NCBI RefSeq assembly: GCF_001949145.1 | Contig: NW_019091355.1 | Span: forward strand, 1,492,546-1,556,545 | Reading direction: 5' to 3' | Source: Acanthaster planci | Lineage: Eukaryota | DNA: 64,000 bases | Shown: one piece after another, positions 50,055-62,209 of the stretch | Layout of the letters: the number at the start of each line of letters is the position of its first letter | How positions within the stretch are numbered: position 1 is the stretch's first letter | Program-made: the position numbers and the translations under genes | Notes under the pieces: generated by a model | Database searches by the model: none | Seen by the model: the letters and a program-made list of their open reading frames with translations, nothing else | What the model was told of the DNA's origin: nothing

Positions 50055-53000
50055 ATGTTGACTGGTAACCGTTCCACTGGAGGGATACTACTAGGCCTCA
50101 TAGCGTTCATCCTGAACGTTGCTCTGGTGTCGTCCTCCTTTACGAAACCCGACTGGGTAGAACTACTTGATAACGGCTATTCGGGTGTCGTGGTTGCCAT
50201 TCATGACGACGTACCGGAGAGCATGGAGCTGATTTTGGCTGTGAAGGTAAGCTGCTAAGCACTTTGCTCCGGCAACTCTGTTCGAGCATGAGGCCGGTGG
50301 TGTCATTGGGCTTGTTCCTATCACTGAAGTTATGTCATTAACAGGATCCTACAAAAAGGGAAAGGGTAGGTCATTTCATGGATGGTGTTTGGCATTGTTT
50401 GAAGCTATTCAGAGAAGGGACCAAGAAAAAATGGATGTTGTAAAACGAGTGGAGCCTTGTAGCGCACGAAAGCATGAGTGTAAATCTTGGTGGATGGTCG
50501 ATATCCATGATTAGGACATTGAAACCGCCACTTTATGACAGGGACATTACTAAGTAGGCCTAGACATTTACCGGTAGTCTTCCTCACACACAATTTGGTG
50601 GCGAGAAAGCATCAAACGATCGACGCCCAAGGGCAGTTCCAGAGCCAAATTTCCGGGGGGCATATTTTGGCATCTCTTCGGACAATCTGTCATGACCTCT
50701 CTGAGCTTTGATGCTGGATTTGAGGGCTTTCTGTACGCTTTGAGAAGGTAGGGAGGTGAAAATGTACACCCAAATTGTCTTTCGCTCATTACGTTTACAA
50801 GACCTCAAATTTTTGCCCCCTTTTTGAAAACTCCTGCCCCCTCCCCCACATTCCCAGTTTGGTCAATCGATCTCAGTGCACATGAGCGTATCACTTGGTT
50901 ACAGGAATTGACAGGGATATGACAGTATTTTGCTTAGGTCTGCGTCATCGTCGCACAGGAAAAATGTGATGATAGCTGAACCCTGAAAGTAACGATATCT
51001 ACAAAGGACACATTTTTCGGAATTGTGAATATGCATCATATCAATCGGCAGTTCGAAAATCGGTCCTGGGTTTGTTTCTCTTTCAGGAATTGTTCTCTAA
51101 TGCCTCGCGATATCTCTATCGAGCAACGAAACGGAGAGCGTTCTTCAAGAACGTAACGATTGTAATTCCGCAGGCCTGGGCGTGGTCAGCCCATTACGGA
51201 CCCAGTCGTGGCCATCACCACGACGTCATCGTTATGCCAGCCAATCAGCACTGGGCGCCAGATCCCTACACCAATCAGTACCAAGGCTGTGGGGAGCGCG
51301 GGATCAGTATCCGTCTTGGGGCGGACTTTCTTCTCGATCCACTAGTGGAAAAGTACTATGGTCCACGAGGTAACAGTGTCTTTTAAATTCAGCAATTTTC
51401 TGTCCATGATACAAGCTAATAATACATAGAATAATACTCCCTTTGTTCGCCTTTGTGTGCTTGCTGTAGAGGAAACTCATGTAAACTGAAATGCCTTACA
51501 ATGACATTGACCTAGTTATGTTTTGTTCAACTGTCTTTGTAGGACTTAGTAGCGCTTGCGGTATTGACCGGGCTGCTGAGAGTCCGTTGTTTCATTTCCT
51601 TGTCAAAGGTCGGTTACTGGTGCACGAGTGGGGCTATTATCGCTGGGGCTTGTTTAACGAATATCCAGATCCTGTCACGGAACCTGATGTTCAGGAGGAG
51701 TTCTATTTCTCAACTATTTCCAACAAGTTTCAAGGCATCAGGTAAGTTTTTAAGTTTTCGTTTCGGTCAGTAAACTGCCGAAATATTCACTAAGCCCAGA
51801 TGTTCACTCTCTAAACGGCTGGTGTTTTTGTTTTTTGCGGACATCCAGAAATAAGACACTATTTAGAATAAAACAGGAAAAAGTGGCTGTGATACAGAGT
51901 GCCAGTGGCAGATTGTCTCAGGGGTCATTTCTAGGGGTGTTTCAGTGAAAGACGATTTAGTCAACATCCATCTGTTGCCATCTCCGAACGGTATCCCTTT
52001 TGGGTTTAGTTCGTTTTGTTTGCGTGCGTGATTGAAAAACTGCATAAGCATGTTAAAGTATAAGTTGGGCGTAATAATTAACATAAACAGTTCGCAATCT
52101 GTCAGTCCAAAAATCCGTACGTTTGGTGTTAAAGCATTTAGTCTACGACAAGTTACATGACGGCTGCAGTTTTCACCTCGGGAGTATTGAGTCAGCACTT
52201 CAACAACTCGAGTTGTTTGCAGAGAGTCTTTATAAACACGAGCTATTTTGGTACATTTTTGTTGACGCCAGGCAGTTTATTTGCGGTTAGTATACCCAAT
52301 TTACTGGCATCTGGACGGTTCAAGTGTTTTCACTTTTACGCAATAAATTCATTTTTCCCCGAAAAAAAATTGTTACTTGGACAACTTACTAGACTATTGG
52401 AACTATATTAAAGTACTCATTTTAAATATCGCCGTGAGTAAAATACGTTCGTAAAGCTATCTAGACTATTAACTGTGAATGAGGTGGACACTGACCATTA
52501 CCTGTGAATGAGGTGGACACTGACCATTACCTGTAAATGAGGTGGATACTACCGTGTATACCGTTGTAAGTGTATGCTCTCTAGCATTTACTGGCTACAA
52601 CAATTTTATTTCCAACTCAGCTGTTCGTCAGGATTCCCCTCCCAGGCCTTGGCTTTCGACTTGCATAGCAACAGGTACTGGACATGCGCAGGGAATGATA
52701 CAGTCGGCTACGAGGAGGGTTGTGCGCATGTCACAACGGACGACGGCGACGTCACGCAGCCTACAGGCTCCATCATGTATGGAAGGCATTTTTACAACTG
52801 GGTGAGTTTGTTGGTAATAAGTAACTGAACATAACTTTCCCATTAATTGCTTCTCGATTTAGGCTGTCTCTACACTGAAGAATGTAACGACAAGTTGGTG
52901 TATAGACGGAATATCTAAAAACGTCTTAGGCCCGATTATCTTCGGAAGAATTGACATTTATTAATACACAATTCAAGATAGCTAAAGATTTTTTAAAAAT

Positions 53001-56000
53001 AAGAGAAAAGAAAGTATTACCTGTAGATTAAAACAAAGACACTGGTTATCAGTCTTCGTACAAGGGCGAATCCCGCGAAAATAAAATAACTTGACAAAAA
53101 TTGGGTGAAGGACGATACTCAACATGTCATACATGTAGTACACAAAAATTAATGAGGGTCACATACGATAAAAATCAATATTGGAGGACGCTGTTCTATT
53201 TTACCCCACATTTAAAATTCATTGAAACCACCGTGAATGCCAAAGTTGAATCAACTGTGATAGGTCGTGAATTTTTGTGACTCGGACGACACCGACCGGC
53301 CGGGTAGTCTCCACGATCGTGAGGCTCCAACCAGACACAACCGGCTGTGTGGTGGTCGGAGCTGCTGGGACATCATGAGACAACACAATGACTTCAAAGG
53401 TAAGTAGACATGGCGGCACAAATTGAACATTTCCCACTAAAGAGTGCCCAATGTCTATTGTCATCTTTTACTGTCTTCTACTGGGGACATTCAGAGCGAA
53501 GTGGATTATTAACAAGTATTTCCTATTATTGGCGTACGGGAGACCATGACAAGACCACACACAAGACACAAGTCTCCTAAAAACTGACAGAGCGTACCTT
53601 CCACAAAGTTGACTACCCTCCGGTTCATTTCAGAACCACACATACTCATAAAAGAGATGCTATCGCAAAAACTCTACAGCTAACTAGATAGACACAAGAT
53701 TGTTCAGAAGACCAGACGCAAGTAACACAGTGAACGTTGGCATTTGTAGTTAATAGAGTATGTGACTTGAATTCAGACAGGACGTTTTGTGTTGGTCTTG
53801 TGATTATCTTATAGGGTCGAGATCTACATCATGGGTATCTATTAGCCATTCTCAGAACCATCCAGAGACACTAGCGACTCCATTGCATGTCCGAGTCCCT
53901 TGGCACTCCATAGACAAAGCGAGTGGGTCACTGACGCGTCATAAAAGCCAAATGATCCAAAAACATTCATAGTGATCGCAGGCAAACACTCGGGAAGGAA
54001 ATGAGACAAACATAATTTTTCTATAACAATTACTTCCAGTTAAACAAGACATATTTCCTCACTGTAGATGATGCCAATCTACCACGTAACGTAGACGATG
54101 CCGAGTTACAGCCAACGTTCAACCTCGTACAAGCTCGGGATAAGAGGGTGGTTCTTCTGATAGACTCGTCTTCAAGTATGCGGGTAATGATGTTCGACAA
54201 ATTCAGTCGCCAACTCGAGGAAAATTCGTTCCCTTTAGCTTTCATCTGTTATTTTTCTTCGCAACATGAAAGATGACGAGGAAGTGTCTTCCCAACGGCA
54301 ACGAGGAGAGAGATGAAACACATATACCGTTACCATGGCGCGTCCGGAGCCCACATAAAGGCGCAAGGCACATTTGCATATTTTGATAAAATGGGAAACT
54401 TTCGAGACGCTTGGTGGCGGCAAAGAGCTGTTCCAGTGACCAATCCACTGTTATTGCATTATTTTGACTATATACCTGTACATATTACTTATTAGCTTAA
54501 ACATGGTGTAAACATAATTGAGTCATCACGAAGGACCGGATGAGTTGCTACCACTAAGGGAAAGTTCGATACAGTTTTAACCACTTCTCGATTTTGCCTG
54601 GCACCTGGTTAGGTTACCAGTCAAAATCAACCAGTGATTGACAATCTGTCGCTAATCGAACTTGTCCTAGGTCCCTCATTTGTCAGGTGTGCTCCTCGAC
54701 AACTGAGCCGGCAGAATGTCGTCTGCTTGCAAGGAACTTAGCTGTATGCATGCTACAATTCTACCGATAAAACTCGTACCTTGTGGTTTTATTTCTTCCT
54801 CTTTACGGATCTACAGTACGATAACCGTTTCGACCGACTGCGCAGCGCGGCCGCTCATTTCATCCAATCGGTGGCGGACAATAGCAGTCACGTGGGGATC
54901 GTGCACTTCAACGAGGTTGCGCATATCTGTAGCGGGCTCGTTCAGATACGCTCTGAAAGCGATAGACAATTTCTGCTAGACTCTTTACCGATCGTCTCTG
55001 GCAACAGTAGCACTAATTACAGCAAAGGACTGCTGGTGTCTTTGCAGGTAAACGATAAGTAACTTTTGTACATTTCTCACCAATATAAAGAACAAATGAA
55101 AAATGGTTTATGTTCACTTTAAAATGCGCCACGACACCGTCAACGAGTGACATTAGAGTAGGTCGTTATTTTGACACAAATGTGGTGTTATCATGAAGGT
55201 TCTGTCATTTGAGGGAACGAGATCTGCGGCCGGCGGTATTGTTCTCCTGTTTGCAGATGGTGGTGACAACGATCAAGCTGCAACCGACGACGCTGTCGTG
55301 AAGCTTGTCGAAGACAACGTTATCGTTGACACGGTTGCTCTCGCTCGGAACCCCCGCACCTTTCCAGATATCGCAGCAAAGACAGGTTTAAAGCTCCACG
55401 TTCACATTTTTTATTATGCCTAGTAAAACCCAGTTGGCCTATTTAATTTCTTCCGAAAAAAATTACTTCACCTGTCGTTCATTTTGTTTTGTAATAAGAC
55501 GTAATAAACAGTTACTTTACCAGCAATTGTTTCTCTTCGATTTCTGTTTTAGGGAATTAGACAAGGTTATTTCACCTCAGAATCGAGCCCAGGTTTTCAA
55601 TGATACAAACAAAATCTAAGTAACACTTTTAGTGTATCTTGAGAGCGATAGAAAAGTCAAATGTTAGAGAAGTCAAACTAATACAACTTCAAATTCAGTC
55701 GAAGATATCACTCCAAAAGTGTAATTAGCCGCCTTTTTCTGGAGATATGATGGTCGCTCTTCAAGGAGAGCTGTTTCGTTTCGGTAAAAACAAAAGAGTC
55801 CCACGGAAAACCATTGCGCCCACAAGAGTCTATGACCATTAACCGCAGTAACTTTTGCTTTCTTTTGTCGTTTTAGGCGGGACATCTTTTCACTTCCAGA
55901 CAGATCTGGTTGGTCTGGTGCCCTCTTTATACCAAGCGTTTGCAGGCCTAATGATCAGGAGCCAATCGGAGCATGACTCAAAGAGGAGAATCATAGTAAG

Positions 56001-59000
56001 TTCTTTCCCAGCACAGGTTCAGTTTTTTCCGATGGCAAATCAAAGCTTACAGCAAGCGAAATGTCGACCATATACTGCCCTCCCCTAATCAAAATGATCT
56101 GTTATGCCACAAGACGTCAACACGGCGTGATTTTGCAGTATTTAATGTCATGAAGCATGTGAATTTCTATCTTGATTTTCTCACCTGAAGATTTCAAGCT
56201 TCAATGTTGATCTTGCGAGAGGTGATGAGCAGACAAGGAACTTCAGCTTGGACGATTCAGTCGGACGTAAAACAGAAGTACTGTTTACCTGGACAGAGCA
56301 GGATTCAATTGGTGAGGGAAATTTCGCCGGCTCTGCTGCTAAATGGTCACTACAATGGCGTTTATTTGACAGTCTTCCTATACTTTTTAGTCATCAAATC
56401 GACATGTTTTTTCTTAGTGACACGTGCGATAATGGCCTTGCCCCATGCATTCTGGATGGTCTATCCGGTTCGTAAGTAACTTCGTCACAAAGGCAGACGC
56501 GCCACGATTTGCAGGCTCCCATTGGACGAATCGCTGAAGTTGCGCGTTAACTTCCGGTTTCATGATTCCACGTGAACGGCAATCAATGCATGTAACCCTA
56601 TGTGCAGTGCATGTGTGCAGTGGGCGCGGTTTAAACTGAAGTGATGTCACACTTACGAACCGGATTGAGATGATCGCAACGCAGCTATTTGTATGCCTAA
56701 CATAATCAGATACAGATATCATCTTGACGTCTCCAAGTGGAGTTAACTTCAATAGTACCTACCTCGGGTATCAGAACAGGACGGACTTCAAGTACCTGAC
56801 GTTCTCCATTCAAGGCACGGCTGAGGTAGGTATACAGGAAGGAATACGGGTTCCCATCAAATATAAGGTAGACGGCTGAAATGGCGTTGATGGACGATTT
56901 GAAGCGACAGTAGGTTTCTGAATACAAGTGTGAACAAAACAAAAATTTCCAATATTCAGATAAGAATTCTAAATTTGTCATGTGAATGTTATGAATGTTA
57001 TTATGGTTAATTTCATACTTATCATCTGGTGATTTGTAACCAAAAGGGCAGCCTTTTTTGTAATGGTCTTGTAAAATATTATTTCCAAGGATGGATTTGC
57101 TCTGGGAGGATGTTAATTAATTTCGGATTATTTGCCCTGCCCGACGTGTGTTAAAGCACTGTAATACAAATATTGTCAACAGAAAGTACAAAGATAGGTA
57201 CACATTTCATCGCCACTGTAACCTGAAAAAATATCAGAATGGTTCGTTGTTCGGACTTCAAACAACTCCACCTCTTCCACGTATGGGACCTTTCTGCTTT
57301 CTAAACACAGACAGGGCCGTGGGAGGTGCGCATGCGCAACCCGTCGGGCTCAGACGCCGTGATGATCACAACCATCGTGACGTCGTACGCAAGAAGTGAT
57401 GACGTAGAACCCATCGTCGTCGCCCCTATGCTGAGCAGCTACAAGATTGACGCGGCTTCGGGACAACGCCTGAGCCTCTTCGCTGAAGTCCGGCAGGGGT
57501 TGCGGCCGGTAGTCGGGGCCCGTGTTGTCGCTACTGTCTACCCCCCAGGTGGATATCCTGAGAGGATTGTCGAATTATTGGATAATGGGGCCGGTAAGTT
57601 GATTTCTCTTCAGGTCCAAGTTGGAGAAAATTCTCAACGTATTAACTTTCTGATCGAATGTAATAATTCACGTTGAGGTGCAACGATGAAATTATATTTC
57701 TGTCGTAGGGGCAGATGTGCGTAGAAACGACGGAGTGTACACGCGATACTACGTGGATCAACCGAACCAGAAAGGGTTTAATACAGTGCAGGTCACCGTG
57801 AACAATGGGCCCAACACGACAGCCCTCAACGTCACATCACAGCCCAGAATTGTCGCTGACATAAGCCCAAAGGAGTACGCAGGATTTCCCAAAATAGGTG
57901 AGCCTTTTCACTTTCACTCCCCTTCAAAACCCTCACAGTGCAAACACTGGGAGTGTCGAATGGCAATATCTACAATATTTGTGTGTGTACGGATACTTCT
58001 TAGTGTTTCTTTATGACCGAAAAATGTAAAAATCACCTTTTTAAAATCTAAATTCATGAAACCGACGATTGACGCCGTGGGCGGGAACGAAGCCGTTTTT
58101 TTGGGGGGGGGGAATTCCGTTGAATGAATATCGACAGACCTAGAGAAGCTTGAGCAACCTTTAATTCGCTGCATGAATTCAACCCTTATCGAAATCTTAA
58201 ACAGGTTCATGTAATATACGGAACATAATGCAGTTGATGAGTTTTCAAGATGCAGTTGATGAGTATAGTACGCTCGAGAAGTTTAGTTACAGACGATGAG
58301 TGGAAGGCTAATCCTCGATATCAACTGGATGTTTCCATTATGGTGACTGTTCCTGTAAAATGTCATGATATTGAAATGAATTCAGTCATCTCATTCTTTT
58401 TGCATTGTCAGGGAATTTCCGGATCTTTGCTCCGGGCACCAAACCGAGGCAGCTTCAGGGCACACCAGTCACGGACCTATCCCGGCAAGCAGCTGGAATC
58501 ACGGCTTACTACGCCAGCGTTCTCAGCTCTCCAGGCTACGTCTTGCCGCCATGCCGCGTCCAGGACCTTCGCGCCGTCGAAACGTGGTACCGAGACGGTT
58601 GGATGACAGTGACGCTGTCGTGGACAGCACCAGGAGAGGACGCCGACCGTGGCACCGGTATGTAATCGATAATATGCCTCGAAGAGAGTCCCAATAGTGC
58701 ACTAAAATGAATAAAGACGCAGCTTCACTCTGTCACAGCTTCAATGGCCACCACGGTGTCGGAAATTCGGTCATACTCATCACAGCGACGTATCCAGCTT
58801 TTGCCGTTGGGGCAAATTAAAAAGCGAATGCGGCTTTGGGCAAATTCAGTATGATATTGAAGGGAAAAAAACCAGAAGCCTTTTTATCGCAGTCCTGACA
58901 TCCATGCTTTTTAGGGTTATGGTGCTAATATTTGATAAATGAGCGTACCGATTACTTTCTTACCTATGAAGTATTCTTTGTTAAAAAACAACCGTCATGG

Positions 59001-59857
59001 GTGCAAGTTGCCTCCGTCCCCCGTTGGATACGCCACTGGATTGCTACCTTCTAGACATAACCTTCTGTGATTGTTTTTGCCCTCCAGCGTCTCTGTATGA
59101 CATCAGATACGCTCAAAATGTTGCGACAATCGTCGATAACTTCGACAGTGCCACACCAGTGTCCACATCAGACGTTCTCCGCGGGAATATGACCCAGCCT
59201 CGAGCTTCAATGAATGCGGAACGCTTCACCGTTCGGGTTCCTATCGGTGAGTCCGCCACAAGCTCGCCAGCGTCATCGGTGATCTTCGCCCTCAAGGCGG
59301 CAGACGGGGATGGTCGCTTCAGCGAAATGTCCAACGTGGCCCGCGCTACCTTCAGGTCGTTTGTGCCTGAGCCGGCTTTGCCGAGCCCATCAACTGAGTC
59401 TGCTGTATCTTTCTCAACGTCTCCACCAGAGTCCTCGATTGGAACAGTGCAAAGTACGTCATCAGGAGATGTAAACCAGCAAACATCAGAACAACGCAAC
59501 GAAGAAACACCAACAGCAAAATCAACTTCCGTACTGGACGGCGCTGTAACGGCGGCTTTGCTATCGACGGCAGTCAGCGGTGGGTACACGCGCACACATA
59601 CATGTACGACCGTCCAATCCCTTCAGTTGAACTCAGTCACCGTTGCTGCCGTAGCGGTCTGCGTAGTGGTGGTGGTATCTAGCGCCCTCATTGCTGGTAT
59701 GCTGTACATAAAGTGGAAACATTATCAGAGTCGCATGGTCCGCGTGACGAACATCAAAAGTAATGCAGACCAAGAGCACGAGGGTGAGGGTCAGGGATCA
59801 GGCTTCTATCGCTTGAGCTCTACCTCGTCAACCGAGAATAATACAACCCACTGCTGA
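50055..59857 (+). CDS. CLCA: Divergent CLCA-like copy D, complete, 15 exons, ~1100 aa, degenerate metalloprotease motif, S/T-rich stalk and TM helix
   Basis: Exons: 50055-50246, 51087-51369, 51609-51741, 52621-52801, 53264-53399, 54068-54183, 54817-55047, 55199-55385, 55877-55995, 56191-56311, 56710-56825 (alternative in-frame acceptor at 56716), 57311-57593, 57709-57897, 58412-58657, 59088-59857 (sum 3303 nt, open). Motifs: ATKRRAFFKNVTIVIP, HEWGYYRWGLFNEY, DSSSS, FADGGDN, DNGAGADVRRNDGVYTRY, WTAPGEDADRG, TM VAAVAVCVVVVVSSALIAGMLYI. Confidence 0.9.
52473..52550. repeat. 29-bp tandem repeat, ~2.6 copies
   Basis: CTGTGAATGAGGTGGACACTGACCATTAC at 52473, 52502 and (partial) 52531. Confidence 0.9.
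56463..56665. mobile_element. MITE family 1 copy, in CLCA-D intron 10
   Basis: Perfect 15-bp TIR ATCCGGTTCGTAAGT / ACTTACGAACCGGAT; homologous to 13331-13544. Confidence 0.8.
58783..59038. mobile_element. hAT-like MITE family 2 copy, in CLCA-D intron 14
   Basis: Ends are CAGCGACGTATCCAGCTTTTG ... TTGGATACGCCACTG. Shares GAAGCCTTT and GGGTT.TGGTGCTAATATTTGATA-like internal blocks with 28251-28529. A further right end lies at 48590-48623. Confidence 0.65.
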
Positions 59858-60739
59858 AAGTCCTCAAGAGAGTTAAAGGGAGTGTCAATAGTTATAATTA
59901 CCAAAGAATTTTTTTGAGGTGGTGGAAGTTTCCAAAAATTCAGTGACAAAAGGTTGACGGATAAAAATGCTGCACTTGTTGCTTTTGTGGCTTCAACTCA
60001 GTGAAATACGGAGACCTCTGAACAATGTGCTCTTTGTAAGAGCTCCAAGTCCCATACCCATCCTGCATCGCACCACAATAAGTGGTTAAATATTGCTTTT
60101 ACACTTCAATATTGCCCCCTTTTCTAGAAAACTGTCTTTTGCATTTTATTGAATTTGTTCCAACAGAACTTTCAATTTTGTACAAAAAACCCATTTTACT
60201 TAATTTAAGTTCGAAAGAAAAAATTTGCCGTACACTTGACTCCTTTTGTAATTATTTGTAATTATGATTTTTGTGAAAAAAATTTATCTAAAATGGCCCC
60301 AATAATGGCAGACTGTTGCTTTTCCTTCGAAAACCCTACATTTTTAAAGACAATTTCGGCTTGATAAGATTATCATTTTTGCCTTTTATCACCGCCAACT
60401 GATGACATGCAAAACTTTTCGTCGAAACGAAGCTCAACTGTCACTAAACATTATACCGCCAGTGGCATTTTACTCAGCTCGCCAAACACTCATAAATGTT
60501 GCAAAACTTTGAGGTTGCTTTTGAAAAGGGACCACGGACAATCTAAGATCACCTGTACCAGGCATGATCATGCGGTTAGTCACTGTAATTACGCTCAAAT
60601 ATATGCAAAACTGGAAAGTGAGTGCAGGACTTCAGAAAACAATGATCACTGACCTCATTCGGCCAATGATGAAGTAACCAAACTGTCAACCTGAAAGGCA
60701 ATAGAGCAGATTTAGGGTAACAAAGGGTAACAAAACAGA

Positions 60740-61142
60740 CAAAGCTCGAGCTTCGCTGATTCTGGGGCTAAAATGTGGAACGATCTGCCGAATACTCTCA
60801 GACAAATTGAGTCTCTTCCAGTTTTTAAAACTGAGCTTTTTCAACTATTGTTTACATAATACACATGTTTCTATATTTGTGTCTTATTCTCTATTTTTAT
60901 TTCCATTAATATACATTACTCGATGTTCTGCTCTCTATATACATGTACATTGTCATTTTTAATTTACGTATATTTTATACCAGTTTTGTTCATGTGAATT
61001 TATGTTGTAATTTAGTTTTAATATCTTTTTTATGGTACTTTTGTTTTTAACTGAAATACGCAGGGCCCGAATGGAAACCAGTATGTATACCGATTTGGCT
61101 CACCCTTGATAAATAAAATAAATAAATGAATAAATAAATAAA
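60740..61142 (+). mobile_element. 5'-truncated non-LTR retrotransposon 3' end (CR1/L2-like)
   Basis: 60749-60859 encodes SFADSGAKMWNDLPNTLRQIESLPVFKTELFQLLFT*, the typical WNxLP...SL..FK ORF2 C-terminus. It is followed by a T-rich 3'UTR and an (AAAT)n tail. Confidence 0.75.
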
Positions 61143-61973
61143 CCTTCCACGGGCTCTTCTGACAAATTTCAATCACAGTTTTGTCTGCATTGCCCCCAGA
61201 TGGGTGCCCCTGAATCTACAGAGATGATCCTGGGCCATACTGACACAATCCCACCATTTCGTGGCCCAAACAGACCCCCCTTTTCAAAACAATCTGCAGG
61301 AGTACTCTTTGTGCGCCTCCGCCTGGTGGAGAATTGGGACACTGCACCCCTATGTCTACAAACTGCACCCCCAACATTGGCAAAGACAGAGCTGGCAGAC
61401 ACTTGGGCAGAGTTCGGGCTGCTTGTTCCCGTATGTTCACGAACAGCTCGATTTGTTGTTCGTGGGTCGGCCGCTCGACCGCCGGGAACAAACAACCGGT
61501 TTATCGCTGGTAGTTAGTGACAAGCAACATGCAACAGGGTGGCGTCCATGTGGGCTACGTTATTCGAGAGTTAATGTTTGGATGGGCTGAATTCTTTTCT
61601 ATATAAACAGAAACATTCATTTCTGTGTTACAGAAAATTATTAATGTTAATTTTGCAAAACTTCCCATTGTCTATGGCTTTGGAAGCCATCTCTTTACTT
61701 TTTGCTGCTGTTCAAAAATCAAAATCTCACGAGTTTCTCCGTGTGTTCCTGTAAAACCCTGACGAGGAGGTGGTGTGTGATCCTGTTCCGAGAACAGTAT
61801 TCTTGAGTTGTGTTCCCGCCGGGCCGTTCGAGCGCGAGAACAAGAAACCCGTGTCAAGAACAGGCCGCCCGAACTCGACCTTGAGATCCAATCCATCCAT
61901 GCTAGCAGCGACGCCCAAGTGCATATCGCATATCGGTGTGTCGAGGTTGAAGGAACATAGTTGTCCTGCGTAC

Positions 61974-62209
61974 TACTCTCTAAATCGGAAAGATTGAAAT
62001 TAGGGACAAGACGTTTTAGAGTGAAAATCACTCTGAATTTAGACTGAAAAAAGCCGAAAATAGCCCCTTCCAGTGGAAGCTCGAGCGAAATTTCAATCTT
62101 TTGGAGTAAAGAAATTTCGCTCCAATTCGTCTGATCCTTAATTTCAATCAGAGGGATTGAATTTTCGTTCGAATAGAGTGAATCTTCAATCTTTGGAATT
62201 TAGAAAGTA
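61974..62209. mobile_element. TA-flanked MITE
   Basis: TA-CTCTCTAAATCGGAAAGATTGAAATT ... AATCTTCAATCTTTGGAATTTAGAAAG-TA form imperfect TIRs. Confidence 0.6.

Noticed and set aside
59113..59595. 160 aa minus-strand ORF (also 46096-46485, 29185-29556, 29817-30104, 25325-25792, 41727-42044)
   Set aside because: These are antisense shadows of GC3-rich real exons, with no independent coding evidence.
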